In this document: piece after piece, positions 10,251 through 18,826 of the stretch | How the letters are laid out: every line of letters starts with the position of its first letter | Numbering within the stretch: the first letter of the stretch is position 1 | Origin: Actinomycetota bacterium | GTDB lineage: Bacteria > Actinomycetota > AC-67 | Direction of reading: 5' to 3' | DNA length: 64,000 nucleotides | NCBI GenBank assembly: GCA_041658565.1 | Contig: JBAZZY010000012.1 | Coordinates: forward strand, 5,606-69,605 | The notes under the pieces: generated by a model | Told to the model about the DNA's origin: nothing | Databases searched by the model: none | What the model saw: only the letters and a program-made list of their open reading frames with translations | Program-made: the position numbers and the translations under genes

Positions 10251-10370
10251 CGCCCTCGCGAACCCGATCTGATCTGCGGCGGGGCTGCATTCTTGGACGC
10301 CGCGGACACTTGTAGCCGGGGTGGTTCGCCCCCGATGAGGCAGTTACCCCAGTCAAACGGTATTCGCGAC

Positions 10371-10408
10371 CTATGTAGGACTTGCGAAACCCCGACGAGG
10401 TGTTCGTC
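10371..10408 (+). promoter_or_regulatory. Putative alternative-sigma promoter of pilin-like gene A
   Basis: CTATGTAGG-N13-CGACGA-gg-tGTTCgTC, conserved with identical spacing at 12920-12957. Confidence 0.6.
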
Positions 10409-10438
10409 AGGAACGCGAACCGAGGGGGACTGGTGGAC

Positions 10439-10816
10439 ATGAGAAGGGGAATTCGAAGGCCGAAGCGCATGATCCTCGGACTTGCGCTTGTTGCGGTGCT
10501 GGTCACGGCATCCAACGCTTTCACCGCGTCGAACACCGTCCCGGCACAGAGCGCGGGTTCGGGGTCGAGCACGATCTCCGGCTATACCGTGAGCGCCGTG
10601 TCCTACACGCTGAACGCGACGACGCCGACCAACATCGACGCGGTGCTGTTCACGCTGAACGCGGCGGCGACCACGGTGAAGGCCAAGCTCGTGAACGCTG
10701 AGACCGCGTACTACGCCTGCACGAACACTTCCGGCATGAACTGGTCGTGCGCGACAACCACGCCACAGGCGACGGTCACCGCTTCCGACAACTTGTCGGT
10801 CATCGCAGTTCAGTAG
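10439..10816 (+). CDS. Secreted TasA-like/SipW-substrate fibre subunit, copy A (125 aa)
   Basis: Arg-rich N-region, hydrophobic H-region, then SN|AFTASNTVPAQSAG; Thr/Ala/Ser-rich; one Cys pair; directly upstream of a SipW-type peptidase. Confidence 0.8.
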   Translation: MRRGIRRPKRMILGLALVAVLVTASNAFTASNTVPAQSAGSGSSTISGYTVSAVSYTLNATTPTNIDAVLFTLNAAATTVKAKLVNAETAYYACTNTSGMNWSCATTTPQATVTASDNLSVIAVQ

Positions 10817-10856
10817 TAGTCGTCGGAGGTAGATGCTTGCTCGAAAGGAGCGCATC

Positions 10857-12473
10857 ATGAATCGGGGCTGGGTCAGGGTCGCAGCGTCGGCGATCGGAAT
10901 CGGATTCATCGCCGCGGCGTGGCTCGGACTCGGCCCCCGTTCGCTTGGCGGGTCGGTCGACTATGTGGCGGTAGCAAGGGGCTCCAGCATGGAGCCGACG
11001 TTCCATGTTGGAGATCTGGCGCTCACCCGTCCTCGTCCGGTGGCGTCCTACGCCGTCGGCGATGTTGTCGCCACGAGAACCGACTACGGCAGGATCGTTC
11101 TTCACCGGATCGCGTCGATCGGCGGCGAGCGGCTCGTCACCAAGGGCGACAACAACGACGAGGTGGATCAGTATCAGCCGTTGCGATCAGACGTAATGGG
11201 CTCGCTGTGGCTCCGGATTCCTTCGGGAGGCCGGCTGTTGGGGCTTCTTCGTCCCCCCATCGTCTTGCTGCCGTTGGGCATCGTGCTCGCCGCTTGGTTG
11301 CTGATCTCGAGCGGGAAGCCGGCGCGCGCGCGCCGAGGGAATGGACGTCGGGAGCGCGCGCCTCGATCGGCATCGCCGGCTCCGCTGCGCAGCGGTGCTC
11401 CGCCCACCATCTCCGAGACGGTCTTTGGTGCAGCAGCGGTAGTGCTGATCGCGTGCGGGTTGATAGCGATGGCGGCGTTTTCGCGCCCCACTCGCGCCGC
11501 CGCTGAGCGATCCGTCGCGCATCAGGGAGCATTCAGCTACGCCGGGTCGGTGGCCGGCGCGACCGGACCGGAAGCGCGAATCGAAACCGGCGACCCTGCG
11601 TTCCTTCGCCTCACGCGCAGACTTCGAGTCAACTTCGCCTACGGGTTCGAGGTCGACGCGTCGCACTCGGTTGCCGGGGATTGGCGACTGGTTGCGGAGT
11701 TGAGTTCTCCGAACGGCTGGCGGCGCGTCGTTCCGCTGACGCCCGTTTCGCCGTACCAGGGTGATCGCTTTGAGGCATCGGGAATCCTGGACCTGCGCGC
11801 GCTCCGCAACGTCGTCCTTGCCACCGAGGACCGCTCCGGGGTCGTCAACCCGACCTACGCGCTCGCCGTGCGTGCCGACGTGCATGCGCGCGGGAACATC
11901 GAAGGGCGGTCGATCAATGAGGCGTTCTCGCCCGAGATGCGGTTCACGTTGGATGCGCTTCAAGCGCAGCTGCAGGTGGCCGACCACAAGGCCGGCGAAT
12001 CGGTCGCCGTTCACGAAGAGAACAGCGTGTCGGTTCCCGGAGCGGCGTTGAATCACATCACCGTGGTGAAGATCCCTTTGCCGGTCGATCTGGCACGCGG
12101 GATTGGCGTTGTCGGGGTGGCCGGCGCAATTCTGACGATGGCGGCTGCCGGTCTGCTGATCGCACGCAGCAAGCGCGAGGACGAGCCGACGCGTATCGGG
12201 AAACGCTGGGGGCGGGCTTTGACCGCCATAGAGGCACCGATCGTCACCGGCTCGTTCACTGCGGCGGCGTCCTTCGAGGACCTCGTGCGACTCGCCGAGC
12301 GTTACGACCGCCAGATCATGTATCACGTGGATGGAGACCGGCACGCGTACATGGTTGAGGAAGGGTCGCGAGTGTTCCAGTACGTGGCGCAAGCCGAGCG
12401 CGCGCCCGAGCGGGTCGAGAAGACGCGGGATCTCGCTTTCCTCCAACCGTTGCTGGACCGGCGTCATGCGTAG
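10857..12473 (+). CDS. sipW: SipW/ER-type signal peptidase I (S26B) fused to a multi-TM DUF5305-like domain
   Basis: GSSMEP (Ser), LHRI (His), TKGDNN..D motifs; four hydrophobic segments; C-terminal SFEDLVRLAE...HAYMVEEG...FQY resembles DUF5305 as recalled, not searched; SD AAGGAG before ATG 10857. Confidence 0.82.
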   Translation: MNRGWVRVAASAIGIGFIAAAWLGLGPRSLGGSVDYVAVARGSSMEPTFHVGDLALTRPRPVASYAVGDVVATRTDYGRIVLHRIASIGGERLVTKGDNNDEVDQYQPLRSDVMGSLWLRIPSGGRLLGLLRPPIVLLPLGIVLAAWLLISSGKPARARRGNGRRERAPRSASPAPLRSGAPPTISETVFGAAAVVLIACGLIAMAAFSRPTRAAAERSVAHQGAFSYAGSVAGATGPEARIETGDPAFLRLTRRLRVNFAYGFEVDASHSVAGDWRLVAELSSPNGWRRVVPLTPVSPYQGDRFEASGILDLRALRNVVLATEDRSGVVNPTYALAVRADVHARGNIEGRSINEAFSPEMRFTLDALQAQLQVADHKAGESVAVHEENSVSVPGAALNHITVVKIPLPVDLARGIGVVGVAGAILTMAAAGLLIARSKREDEPTRIGKRWGRALTAIEAPIVTGSFTAAASFEDLVRLAERYDRQIMYHVDGDRHAYMVEEGSRVFQYVAQAERAPERVEKTRDLAFLQPLLDRRHA

Positions 12474-12867
12474 AGGCGCGCGCTGGTTGCGGCCGGCGCT
12501 GGCGATGGCGAGTCTTTCGGCGGCGGCGATGGCGTGGGTGCCTGCTTCAACAGGCTCGAACGTCGTACCGGGAACGCGTGCGGGTGCGGCGGCTCCCATC
12601 GTGATCAATCCGAACGCCCTGAAGCCGTCTGAGTGCGCATCGCTGGACCTTCAAGTGCTCGTGACCGGGGGCGTTGACGGTGGGAATGGAAACGACCTCA
12701 TGCTCGGCACTGTCGCCGTCGACTCGATGAGCGGCGGCAAAGGCGACGACTGTCTTCTCGGCGGTGGCGGCGGCGATTCCTTGAACGGAGGCGCCGGATA
12801 CGACGTGTGCATTGGTGGTCCGGGCACCGATTCGTTCCACCCTTCGTGCGAAGTCCAGATCCAGTAG
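12466..12867 (+). CDS. Secreted minor fibre subunit with RTX/hemolysin-type Ca-binding repeats
   Basis: Signal peptide, ASTGSNVVPGTRAG motif, then GGNGND, GGKGDD, GGGGGD, GGAGYD, GGPGTD repeats; 4 Cys; overlaps the sipW stop. Confidence 0.78.
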   Translation: MRRGARWLRPALAMASLSAAAMAWVPASTGSNVVPGTRAGAAAPIVINPNALKPSECASLDLQVLVTGGVDGGNGNDLMLGTVAVDSMSGGKGDDCLLGGGGGDSLNGGAGYDVCIGGPGTDSFHPSCEVQIQ

Positions 12868-12919
12868 CGCGCGCCGGTGCAGGATGAGTCGACTGCCCCT
12901 TCCAGAACGTACAGATGCG

Positions 12920-12957
12920 CTATGTAGGGTCCGCACGCCGGCGACGATGCGTTCATC
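12920..12957 (+). promoter_or_regulatory. Putative alternative-sigma promoter of pilin-like gene B
   Basis: CTATGTAGG-N13-CGACGA-tg-cGTTCaTC, same as 10371-10408. Confidence 0.6.
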
Positions 12958-12985
12958 GAACCTCTAGGGGAAGGGACTGATGGAC

Positions 12986-13363
12986 ATGCGGCGGAGCATG
13001 CAACGACCCAAGCGCCTGATCCTTGGACTCGCGATTCTTGCGGTGCTGGTCACTGCATCCAATGCATTCACCGCATCGAATACGATTCCGGCGCAGAGCG
13101 CGGGTTCAGGGTCGAGCACGATCTCCGGTTACACCGTGAGCGCCGTGTCCTACACGCCCAACGCAACGACGCCGGGCAACATCGACGCGGTGGTGTTCAC
13201 GCTGAGCGCGGCTGCGACAACGGTGAAGGCCAAGCTCGTGAACGCTGAGACCGCGTACTACGCCTGCACGAACACCTCCGGCATGAACTGGTCGTGCGCG
13301 ACGACGTCGCCTCAGGCGACGGTCGCGAGCGCCGATAGCTTGTCGGTCATCGCGGTGCAGTAG
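12986..13363 (+). CDS. Secreted TasA-like/SipW-substrate fibre subunit, copy B (125 aa; alternative ATG at 12980)
   Basis: 109/125 aa identical to copy A by hand alignment. Confidence 0.8.
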   Translation: MRRSMQRPKRLILGLAILAVLVTASNAFTASNTIPAQSAGSGSSTISGYTVSAVSYTPNATTPGNIDAVVFTLSAAATTVKAKLVNAETAYYACTNTSGMNWSCATTSPQATVASADSLSVIAVQ

Positions 13364-13382
13364 CGGAATAGGTTTCAAGCTG

Positions 13383-13428
13383 CCACACGCAAAGGAGCGA
13401 GGAGAGATCCTCGCTCCTTTGCGTGTGG
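13383..13428 (+). terminator. Strong stem-loop after the fibre operon
   Basis: Perfect 21-bp inverted repeat CCACACGCAAAGGAGCGAGGA-GAGA-TCCTCGCTCCTTTGCGTGTGG with a GNRA loop, starting 20 nt after the stop. Confidence 0.8.
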
Positions 13429-13580
13429 AAGGAGTGCTCCCCGTGGTGCGGAGGACCTCCCTGCGTTTATCCGGTGTTCCGCAGCCCGGAAGGCCGTGAA
13501 CGTGGGCGCGCGCGTAGAATCGGCGGGGCTGGGTGAGGCTTGGCGCGCGCCACCGCGCGCGCGCAGAGTGGGGAGGCTAT

Positions 13581-14567
13581 ATGGGAACCGTCCAGACCGT
13601 TCTTGGTCCGATCTCCACCGACGAACTTGGTCCGACGCTTGTACACGAGCATGTGTCGATCTCGTATCCCGGGGACGCGCTCGATCCAACGGGGACGTGG
13701 ACGCGCGCCGGTGCGATCGAGATCGCCGTCGAACGCATGCAGCAACTCATGGAGTACGGAGTGCGCACGTTTGTTGATCCGTGCCCTATTGAACTCGGGC
13801 GTGATCCCGAACTGATGGCTGAGGTCTCGCAGCGGTCGGGCATGAACATTGTGTGTGCGACGGGGTTCTACTTCGAAGAGATCGGCTTGCCGTATTACTG
13901 GCGTCTGCGAACCGAGGAAGAGATCACCGAGTTGTACTTGTATGAGATCCGCAACGGGATCGGCGGCAACGGGATCAAGCCGGGGATCATCAAGGTGGCA
14001 TCGGGGCATCCGCCGACGGACCTGGAGCGCAAGTTCGTCGCAGCGGCTGCGATGGCCGCGCGCGAGTCCGGCCTTACGATCATCACGCACTGCGAGGCGT
14101 CCTCGGGCTTTGACGTCCAGCAGGAAATCTTCGCCGAGCACGGCGTGGATCTCGCGCGCTGCCTGATCGGCCACCAGGATCAGGCGCCGGACCCGAAGCA
14201 GTTGATCCAGATCGTCGAGCGCGGGTCGTTCGTCGGTGTGGATCGGATTGGGCTGGAGATCCTCGCGCCCGACGACCGCCGGGTGGAGTTGATCACGGCG
14301 GTGCTCGATGCCGGACACGCCGACAGGATCTGCTTGAGCCAGGATCACATGTGCTCACTGCGCTCGCCGCGATTTCCTTACGTCGTCCCTCCGGATTTGG
14401 CGGCGATCGCGGAGCAGTTCTTGCCGCTGATCTTGGAGCAAATCCACGGGCGCCCGCACACGTATTTGTTCACCGACTTCCTTCCGAAGCTCGAAGCGGC
14501 CGGGGTGGACCGCAGCGTCTTCGACTCGATCCTCACCGACAACCCGCGCCGGCTGTTCGGCGGGTAA
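13581..14567 (+). CDS. Phosphotriesterase-related (PTE/PLL) amidohydrolase
   Basis: VQTVLGPI, HEH, GIIKVA (Lys), THC, GHQD, SQDH metal ligands; ends NPRRLF; SD GGGAGG. Confidence 0.9.
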   Translation: MGTVQTVLGPISTDELGPTLVHEHVSISYPGDALDPTGTWTRAGAIEIAVERMQQLMEYGVRTFVDPCPIELGRDPELMAEVSQRSGMNIVCATGFYFEEIGLPYYWRLRTEEEITELYLYEIRNGIGGNGIKPGIIKVASGHPPTDLERKFVAAAAMAARESGLTIITHCEASSGFDVQQEIFAEHGVDLARCLIGHQDQAPDPKQLIQIVERGSFVGVDRIGLEILAPDDRRVELITAVLDAGHADRICLSQDHMCSLRSPRFPYVVPPDLAAIAEQFLPLILEQIHGRPHTYLFTDFLPKLEAAGVDRSVFDSILTDNPRRLFGG

Positions 14568-14578
14568 GGTCTGGGACT

Positions 14579-15538
14579 ATGAGTGCAAAGCGAGCGGTAA
14601 TCACAGGCGCGGCGGGCTGCATCGGCCGCGCGTTCACGGATGCGTTGACGAAGGACGGCTACGAAGTGACCGGCATCGATTTGAGGTCGGGACCGGGCAT
14701 CGTCGCCGGCGACATCAGCGAACCGGGGGAGTGGACCAAGGCGATCGACGGCGCGGATCTCGTCGTCCACGCGGCCGCGGTCGTCGGCGAACTCGGCGAA
14801 CTCTCGGCCTACTGGAAGATCAACGTGGACGGCACGCGCAACGTTCTGGACGCCGCATCGAACGGGCGCGCGGGGCGCGTGCTGCACTTGTCCTCGATCG
14901 TGGTTCACGGCAGCGACTTCGCCGACGGCGTGGACGAGACGGCGACGGTGCGCATGACCGGCAACCCCTATACCGACACGAAGACTGCGTCGGAGCATCA
15001 GGCGTTGTTGGCGGCGGCCTCCGGGCGCGCGCAGGTCACGATTGTTCGTCCCGGCGATGTCTACGGCCCGGGAAGCGTGCCCTGGACGCTGCGTCCCGTC
15101 GAGATGATGAAGCGCAAGGTGTTTACGCTCGTAGATCACGGACGCGGGGTCTTGTCTCCGACCTACGTCGACGACCTCGTCGCGGGGAGCATGGTCGTGG
15201 CTACTCACGCGGATACCGTCGGGCATGTGTTCCACGTGACCGGCGGAAAGGGTGTGCGCGCGGCCGACTTCTTCGGTTACTACGCGCGCATGCTTGGGAT
15301 CCGTTTGCGCTCGGTCCCGTCAAAGGCGATGTACGTAGTTGCTCCCGCCGCGAAAGTCGCCCGGATGGTCGGCAAGAAGTTGCCGTTCACGCCGGACACC
15401 ATCGAGTACATCACGCACCCTGGGACTTACTCGATCAAGAAGATCGACGCGATGACGGGCTGGCGGCCGGCAGTAACCCTGGACGACGGGATGGCGCGCA
15501 CCGAGGCCTGGCTGCGCGCGGAGAAACTGATCCCTTAG
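14579..15538 (+). CDS. NAD-dependent epimerase/dehydratase (extended SDR, 3beta-HSD-like)
   Basis: ITGAAGCIG Rossmann motif, YTDTK (YxxxK), RPGDVYGPG. Confidence 0.88.
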   Translation: MSAKRAVITGAAGCIGRAFTDALTKDGYEVTGIDLRSGPGIVAGDISEPGEWTKAIDGADLVVHAAAVVGELGELSAYWKINVDGTRNVLDAASNGRAGRVLHLSSIVVHGSDFADGVDETATVRMTGNPYTDTKTASEHQALLAAASGRAQVTIVRPGDVYGPGSVPWTLRPVEMMKRKVFTLVDHGRGVLSPTYVDDLVAGSMVVATHADTVGHVFHVTGGKGVRAADFFGYYARMLGIRLRSVPSKAMYVVAPAAKVARMVGKKLPFTPDTIEYITHPGTYSIKKIDAMTGWRPAVTLDDGMARTEAWLRAEKLIP

Positions 15539-16191
15539 ATCCAGCGCAGGATTACACCGAACACGAGCACGCCGGTCAGCACGATGCCCCAGATCGCTCC
15601 AACGGTCTTGAGTTGTGCCGCTCGCGTGCGCATGTCGTGGACGACGAAGGCGGCAACGAAGAACGTGCCGTAACCGAACAGAATGATGAGCACGATATTC
15701 GGCCAGTTCCACCACGAGTAGGTCCAGCCGAAGTAGCCGGTGCGGTTGAGCAGAACCTCGACGAACACCGCGAAGCACGAGAAGCCGAACGAGAGGAACC
15801 ACCGGTTTGGGATGCCCAGGATCTTCATCTTGCGGTCCGGCGGCAAGGACTTGGTGAACAGGACCCCGGAGATCGCGAACAAGAACATGATCTCGAGGTT
15901 CAGCCCGACGAAGATCTGGTAGCTGGTGCTGCCCGAGGTCGTCCACAACGCTGAGTACTTGGTGACGTGAAGCCACACGCCGTTGACGATTTCGTTGATC
16001 CAGTCCACTCCCCAGAAGGCGAGTCCGGCGAGAACCACATTCCAGTTTCGCTTTTCTATCTCAACCGAGTACACGTACATGACCAATCCCAGCAGTGTGA
16101 CGGCATACCACTGGAACTGAGACGCATCTCGAACCAGACGCAGCGCTTCTTGCGTCCACAGCGGTGCGTCGGGATGCAGAACGATGTCCAC
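15535..16191 (-). CDS. Conserved integral membrane protein of unknown function
   Basis: About 7 hydrophobic segments; DWINE and GLNLEI motifs. Confidence 0.75.
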   Translation of the reverse strand: MDIVLHPDAPLWTQEALRLVRDASQFQWYAVTLLGLVMYVYSVEIEKRNWNVVLAGLAFWGVDWINEIVNGVWLHVTKYSALWTTSGSTSYQIFVGLNLEIMFLFAISGVLFTKSLPPDRKMKILGIPNRWFLSFGFSCFAVFVEVLLNRTGYFGWTYSWWNWPNIVLIILFGYGTFFVAAFVVHDMRTRAAQLKTVGAIWGIVLTGVLVFGVILRWI

Positions 16192-16212
16192 TCGGTTATC
16201 CCCCTCTCGGCT

Positions 16213-16458
16213 CTACGTGCCAGCGTAGGCTCGCAGCACCAGTATGAACGACACGCATCCAAAAGCAGCGAACAGTGTCGCGTTGAGTGTGATGCGGTTG
16301 TCGCCGGCTCGAATCCAAAGCGACGTTCGCTCCAATAGCGGGGCTTCCTGGTCGCCTGCGACGACCGGTGTCGCGCACACGGGGCAGGTCCGGTCGGTGT
16401 ACGCGGGACGGAACCGCCACGCGCACGACGGGCAGTGTGCCCAGCTGTCGCCGGTCAC
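16213..16458 (-). CDS. Small zinc-ribbon protein with C-terminal TM helix
   Basis: CPSC and CPVC pairs; hydrophobic C-terminus; GTGA overlap with the upstream gene. Confidence 0.65.
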   Translation of the reverse strand: MTGDSWAHCPSCAWRFRPAYTDRTCPVCATPVVAGDQEAPLLERTSLWIRAGDNRITLNATLFAAFGCVSFILVLRAYAGT

Positions 16459-17894
16459 CGGCCGTCTCCGGGAGGTTCAGCGCCGCGTCGCAAACGTCGC
16501 AGCCTAACGGCCTCAAAGACGGTGGCGACGATGCTGAGTTGCCACACGCCGAACAAAGCGACCAGGCCCCCGCCCCTACGTGGAGATGACGCTCCCAGTG
16601 CGCGTGAGTCTAGCGATGGGGTGTCGGCAGGCGGCGGTTGGACCGCGGTCCCCGGTGTTGTGACGATTCCCCCGTACTGGAATCCCGGGCTGATGTCGGA
16701 GTCGTCATCATCGGCCGAGGCGTTGGGCGCGCGCGCGATGGCGGCGCGACTGCCGTAGACGTCGGCCTCGGCTTTTCCAATCACTACAGCGAATCCGAGA
16801 CCGGGCAGGCCGGAGTTCGACGGGACGGGGGATTCCCATCCAATCCCGATCCCGAGCACCAACGCGCTTCCTGATGCCCCTTCGTTCGTCTGGTCGGATC
16901 CCAGCGTCCGAATTCGCCATCCCGAGTCCGACAGTGCTTGGTTGATCTGAGTATTGAGATCTGCGAGGTCCTCGGGGCCGAATGGGGAGTCATTGTCTGC
17001 GATCTTGATGCCGTCGGCAGTAATGCGGACCGGGAATCCCCCCACGCTTGCGTCCGCGATTTCCAGATATGGTTCCGAAGATGCGGCAACCCCGTCGGTC
17101 ACGACGCGCGCGACGGCCTTCACTGAGCGGATTCGCACGACGCCACCGCCCAGTGCGACACCGTCGGCGACGGCTTCGGTCTCCACGAGAACCCGGCCGT
17201 GTTGCTCGCGCACTTGGGACTGTGTTGTGAGCTTGGCGACCTTGAGTGTCTCGCCTGGGTTGGAGACGGCGACGGACGGGAGTCCGCGCGCGGCTCGAAT
17301 CTGATTGAGCGCTCTTGAAAGCGATCTGAAGCTTGACTGGAGTTGGACGCCGGGGCCAGACCGTGAGGCTCCGGTGTCGGGTGTCGGGTTGGATGGGGGC
17401 GGCGACGTCAGCCCGAACACCGACGAAGCGGCTTGAGCGAGCGTCTCACTCGTTCTTGAGGTAGCGGTTGCCGCCTCGATGCGGAATTGCCCCGTGGGGT
17501 CGGTCTCGTCCACGACGGTGGCTTTGGCTTCTTGCGCCGACCCGGGGTACCTCGACGAGGCGTATTGCGGCTGAGTTTTACCGCCCTGGGACGCGAGGAA
17601 CTGCACAAGCTGGCCGGTGTCGAGGTACGTGCCGGTGGCCGCAGCGGACGGCGCTGAGTCAAGGCTGGCCGTCGAATACGGGATTCCGAAGTTGACCACC
17701 GGAATGTCGGAGAAGGCGTCCGATGCTGTGTGGATCGAAATGGAACTTGACAAGGCAGTTCCGCCGAAGTAGCCGAGGGGAGTCGGTGGTGACGCGCGGA
17801 GAGGGTCCGGTCCGGCGACGGCGAGGAACAGGACCAGGATCCCCGAACTCATGAAGCACAGTCGTCGTCGCGTCACGCGGCTGCTTCGTCTCAT
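16455..17894 (-). CDS. Secreted/surface protein with C-terminal membrane anchor
   Basis: Arg-rich signal peptide, beta-rich body, Pro/Thr linker, C-terminal TM followed by RLRRLRR; ATGA overlap with livF. Confidence 0.72.
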   Translation of the reverse strand: MRRSSRVTRRRLCFMSSGILVLFLAVAGPDPLRASPPTPLGYFGGTALSSSISIHTASDAFSDIPVVNFGIPYSTASLDSAPSAAATGTYLDTGQLVQFLASQGGKTQPQYASSRYPGSAQEAKATVVDETDPTGQFRIEAATATSRTSETLAQAASSVFGLTSPPPSNPTPDTGASRSGPGVQLQSSFRSLSRALNQIRAARGLPSVAVSNPGETLKVAKLTTQSQVREQHGRVLVETEAVADGVALGGGVVRIRSVKAVARVVTDGVAASSEPYLEIADASVGGFPVRITADGIKIADNDSPFGPEDLADLNTQINQALSDSGWRIRTLGSDQTNEGASGSALVLGIGIGWESPVPSNSGLPGLGFAVVIGKAEADVYGSRAAIARAPNASADDDDSDISPGFQYGGIVTTPGTAVQPPPADTPSLDSRALGASSPRRGGGLVALFGVWQLSIVATVFEAVRLRRLRRGAEPPGDGR

Positions 17895-18826
17895 CGTCCT
17901 CTCCTTGCCCGGCGCACCTTCGTGTCGGCGTCCGGCTCGCGCGCCAGCGCGCCCGCAAGAGCGACGGTGACGTAGTCGTCGATTGTCGTGTTTGCCTTCG
18001 CCGCAGCGCGGGACACATTGCGCCACAATCCTCCGGGCACCTCGAGTCGCACGCTCTGGCGCACGGGGTGCGCCTCGGTCTCTTTGCCTTGCGGACCGGA
18101 GTGGTGGCCGAGGTAGAAGTCCTCGACGAACTCACCCTGCGAGCGCAGGTCCTGCGCCGAACCCGAGACGACTACCATGCCCTTCTCTAGAACGTACGCC
18201 TTGGATGCGACTGCCAGCGCGTCGCCAACGAATTGCTCGACCAGCAGCACGCCGGTGCCGTTGCGAGCGACCTGTGCAACGTGGGCGAACAGCGTTTTGA
18301 CGATCGCCGGCGCCAGCCCAAACGAAAGCTCGTCGACCAGCAGCAGGCGAGGTTCGCTCAACAGGGCGCGCGCCAGCCCCAGCATCTGCTGCTCGCCTCC
18401 GGACATCGTCCCAGCACGCTGGGAGAGCCGTGGTTCTAGCTGTGGAAAGACCGACAGGACGCGCGCAATCTTCTCCGGGGTCTGCTTCTTGGGGATTCCT
18501 GCCCCGAACGCCCCGATTTCGAGGTTCTCCATGACCGACAGCGTTGCGAAGATGCCGCGTCCCTCGGGGAGGTGTGCGATACCCAAGGACGCGATCCGCT
18601 CGGGCTTTAAGCCAACCAGTGGGATCCCGTCAAAGGTGATCGTTCCCACGTGCGGCCGGATGATTCCGGAGATCGCCTTCAGCGTTGTGGTCTTCCCGGC
18701 GCCGTTCGCGCCAAGAAGGCAGACGACTTCGCCTTTGTTGACGTGGAGGTTGAGGTTGTTTACCGCTCCGACGACTCCGTACGAAACGCAAATGCGTTCA
18801 AGCGCGAGCAACGTCAACGGACTCAC
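17891..18826 (-). CDS. livF: Branched-chain-type ABC ATPase (LivF-like) with C-terminal RHH-like extension
   Basis: GANGAGKT, MSGGEQQ, LVDELSFGLAP; about 60 extra C-terminal residues; start codon uncertain (18826 GTG or 18817 TTG). Confidence 0.88.
   Translation of the reverse strand: MSPLTLLALERICVSYGVVGAVNNLNLHVNKGEVVCLLGANGAGKTTTLKAISGIIRPHVGTITFDGIPLVGLKPERIASLGIAHLPEGRGIFATLSVMENLEIGAFGAGIPKKQTPEKIARVLSVFPQLEPRLSQRAGTMSGGEQQMLGLARALLSEPRLLLVDELSFGLAPAIVKTLFAHVAQVARNGTGVLLVEQFVGDALAVASKAYVLEKGMVVVSGSAQDLRSQGEFVEDFYLGHHSGPQGKETEAHPVRQSVRLEVPGGLWRNVSRAAAKANTTIDDYVTVALAGALAREPDADTKVRRARRGR

Noticed and set aside
10260-10370. Possible c-di-GMP riboswitch upstream of the fibre operon
   Set aside because: No GCAAAC/GGAAA-type class I or class II core could be found.
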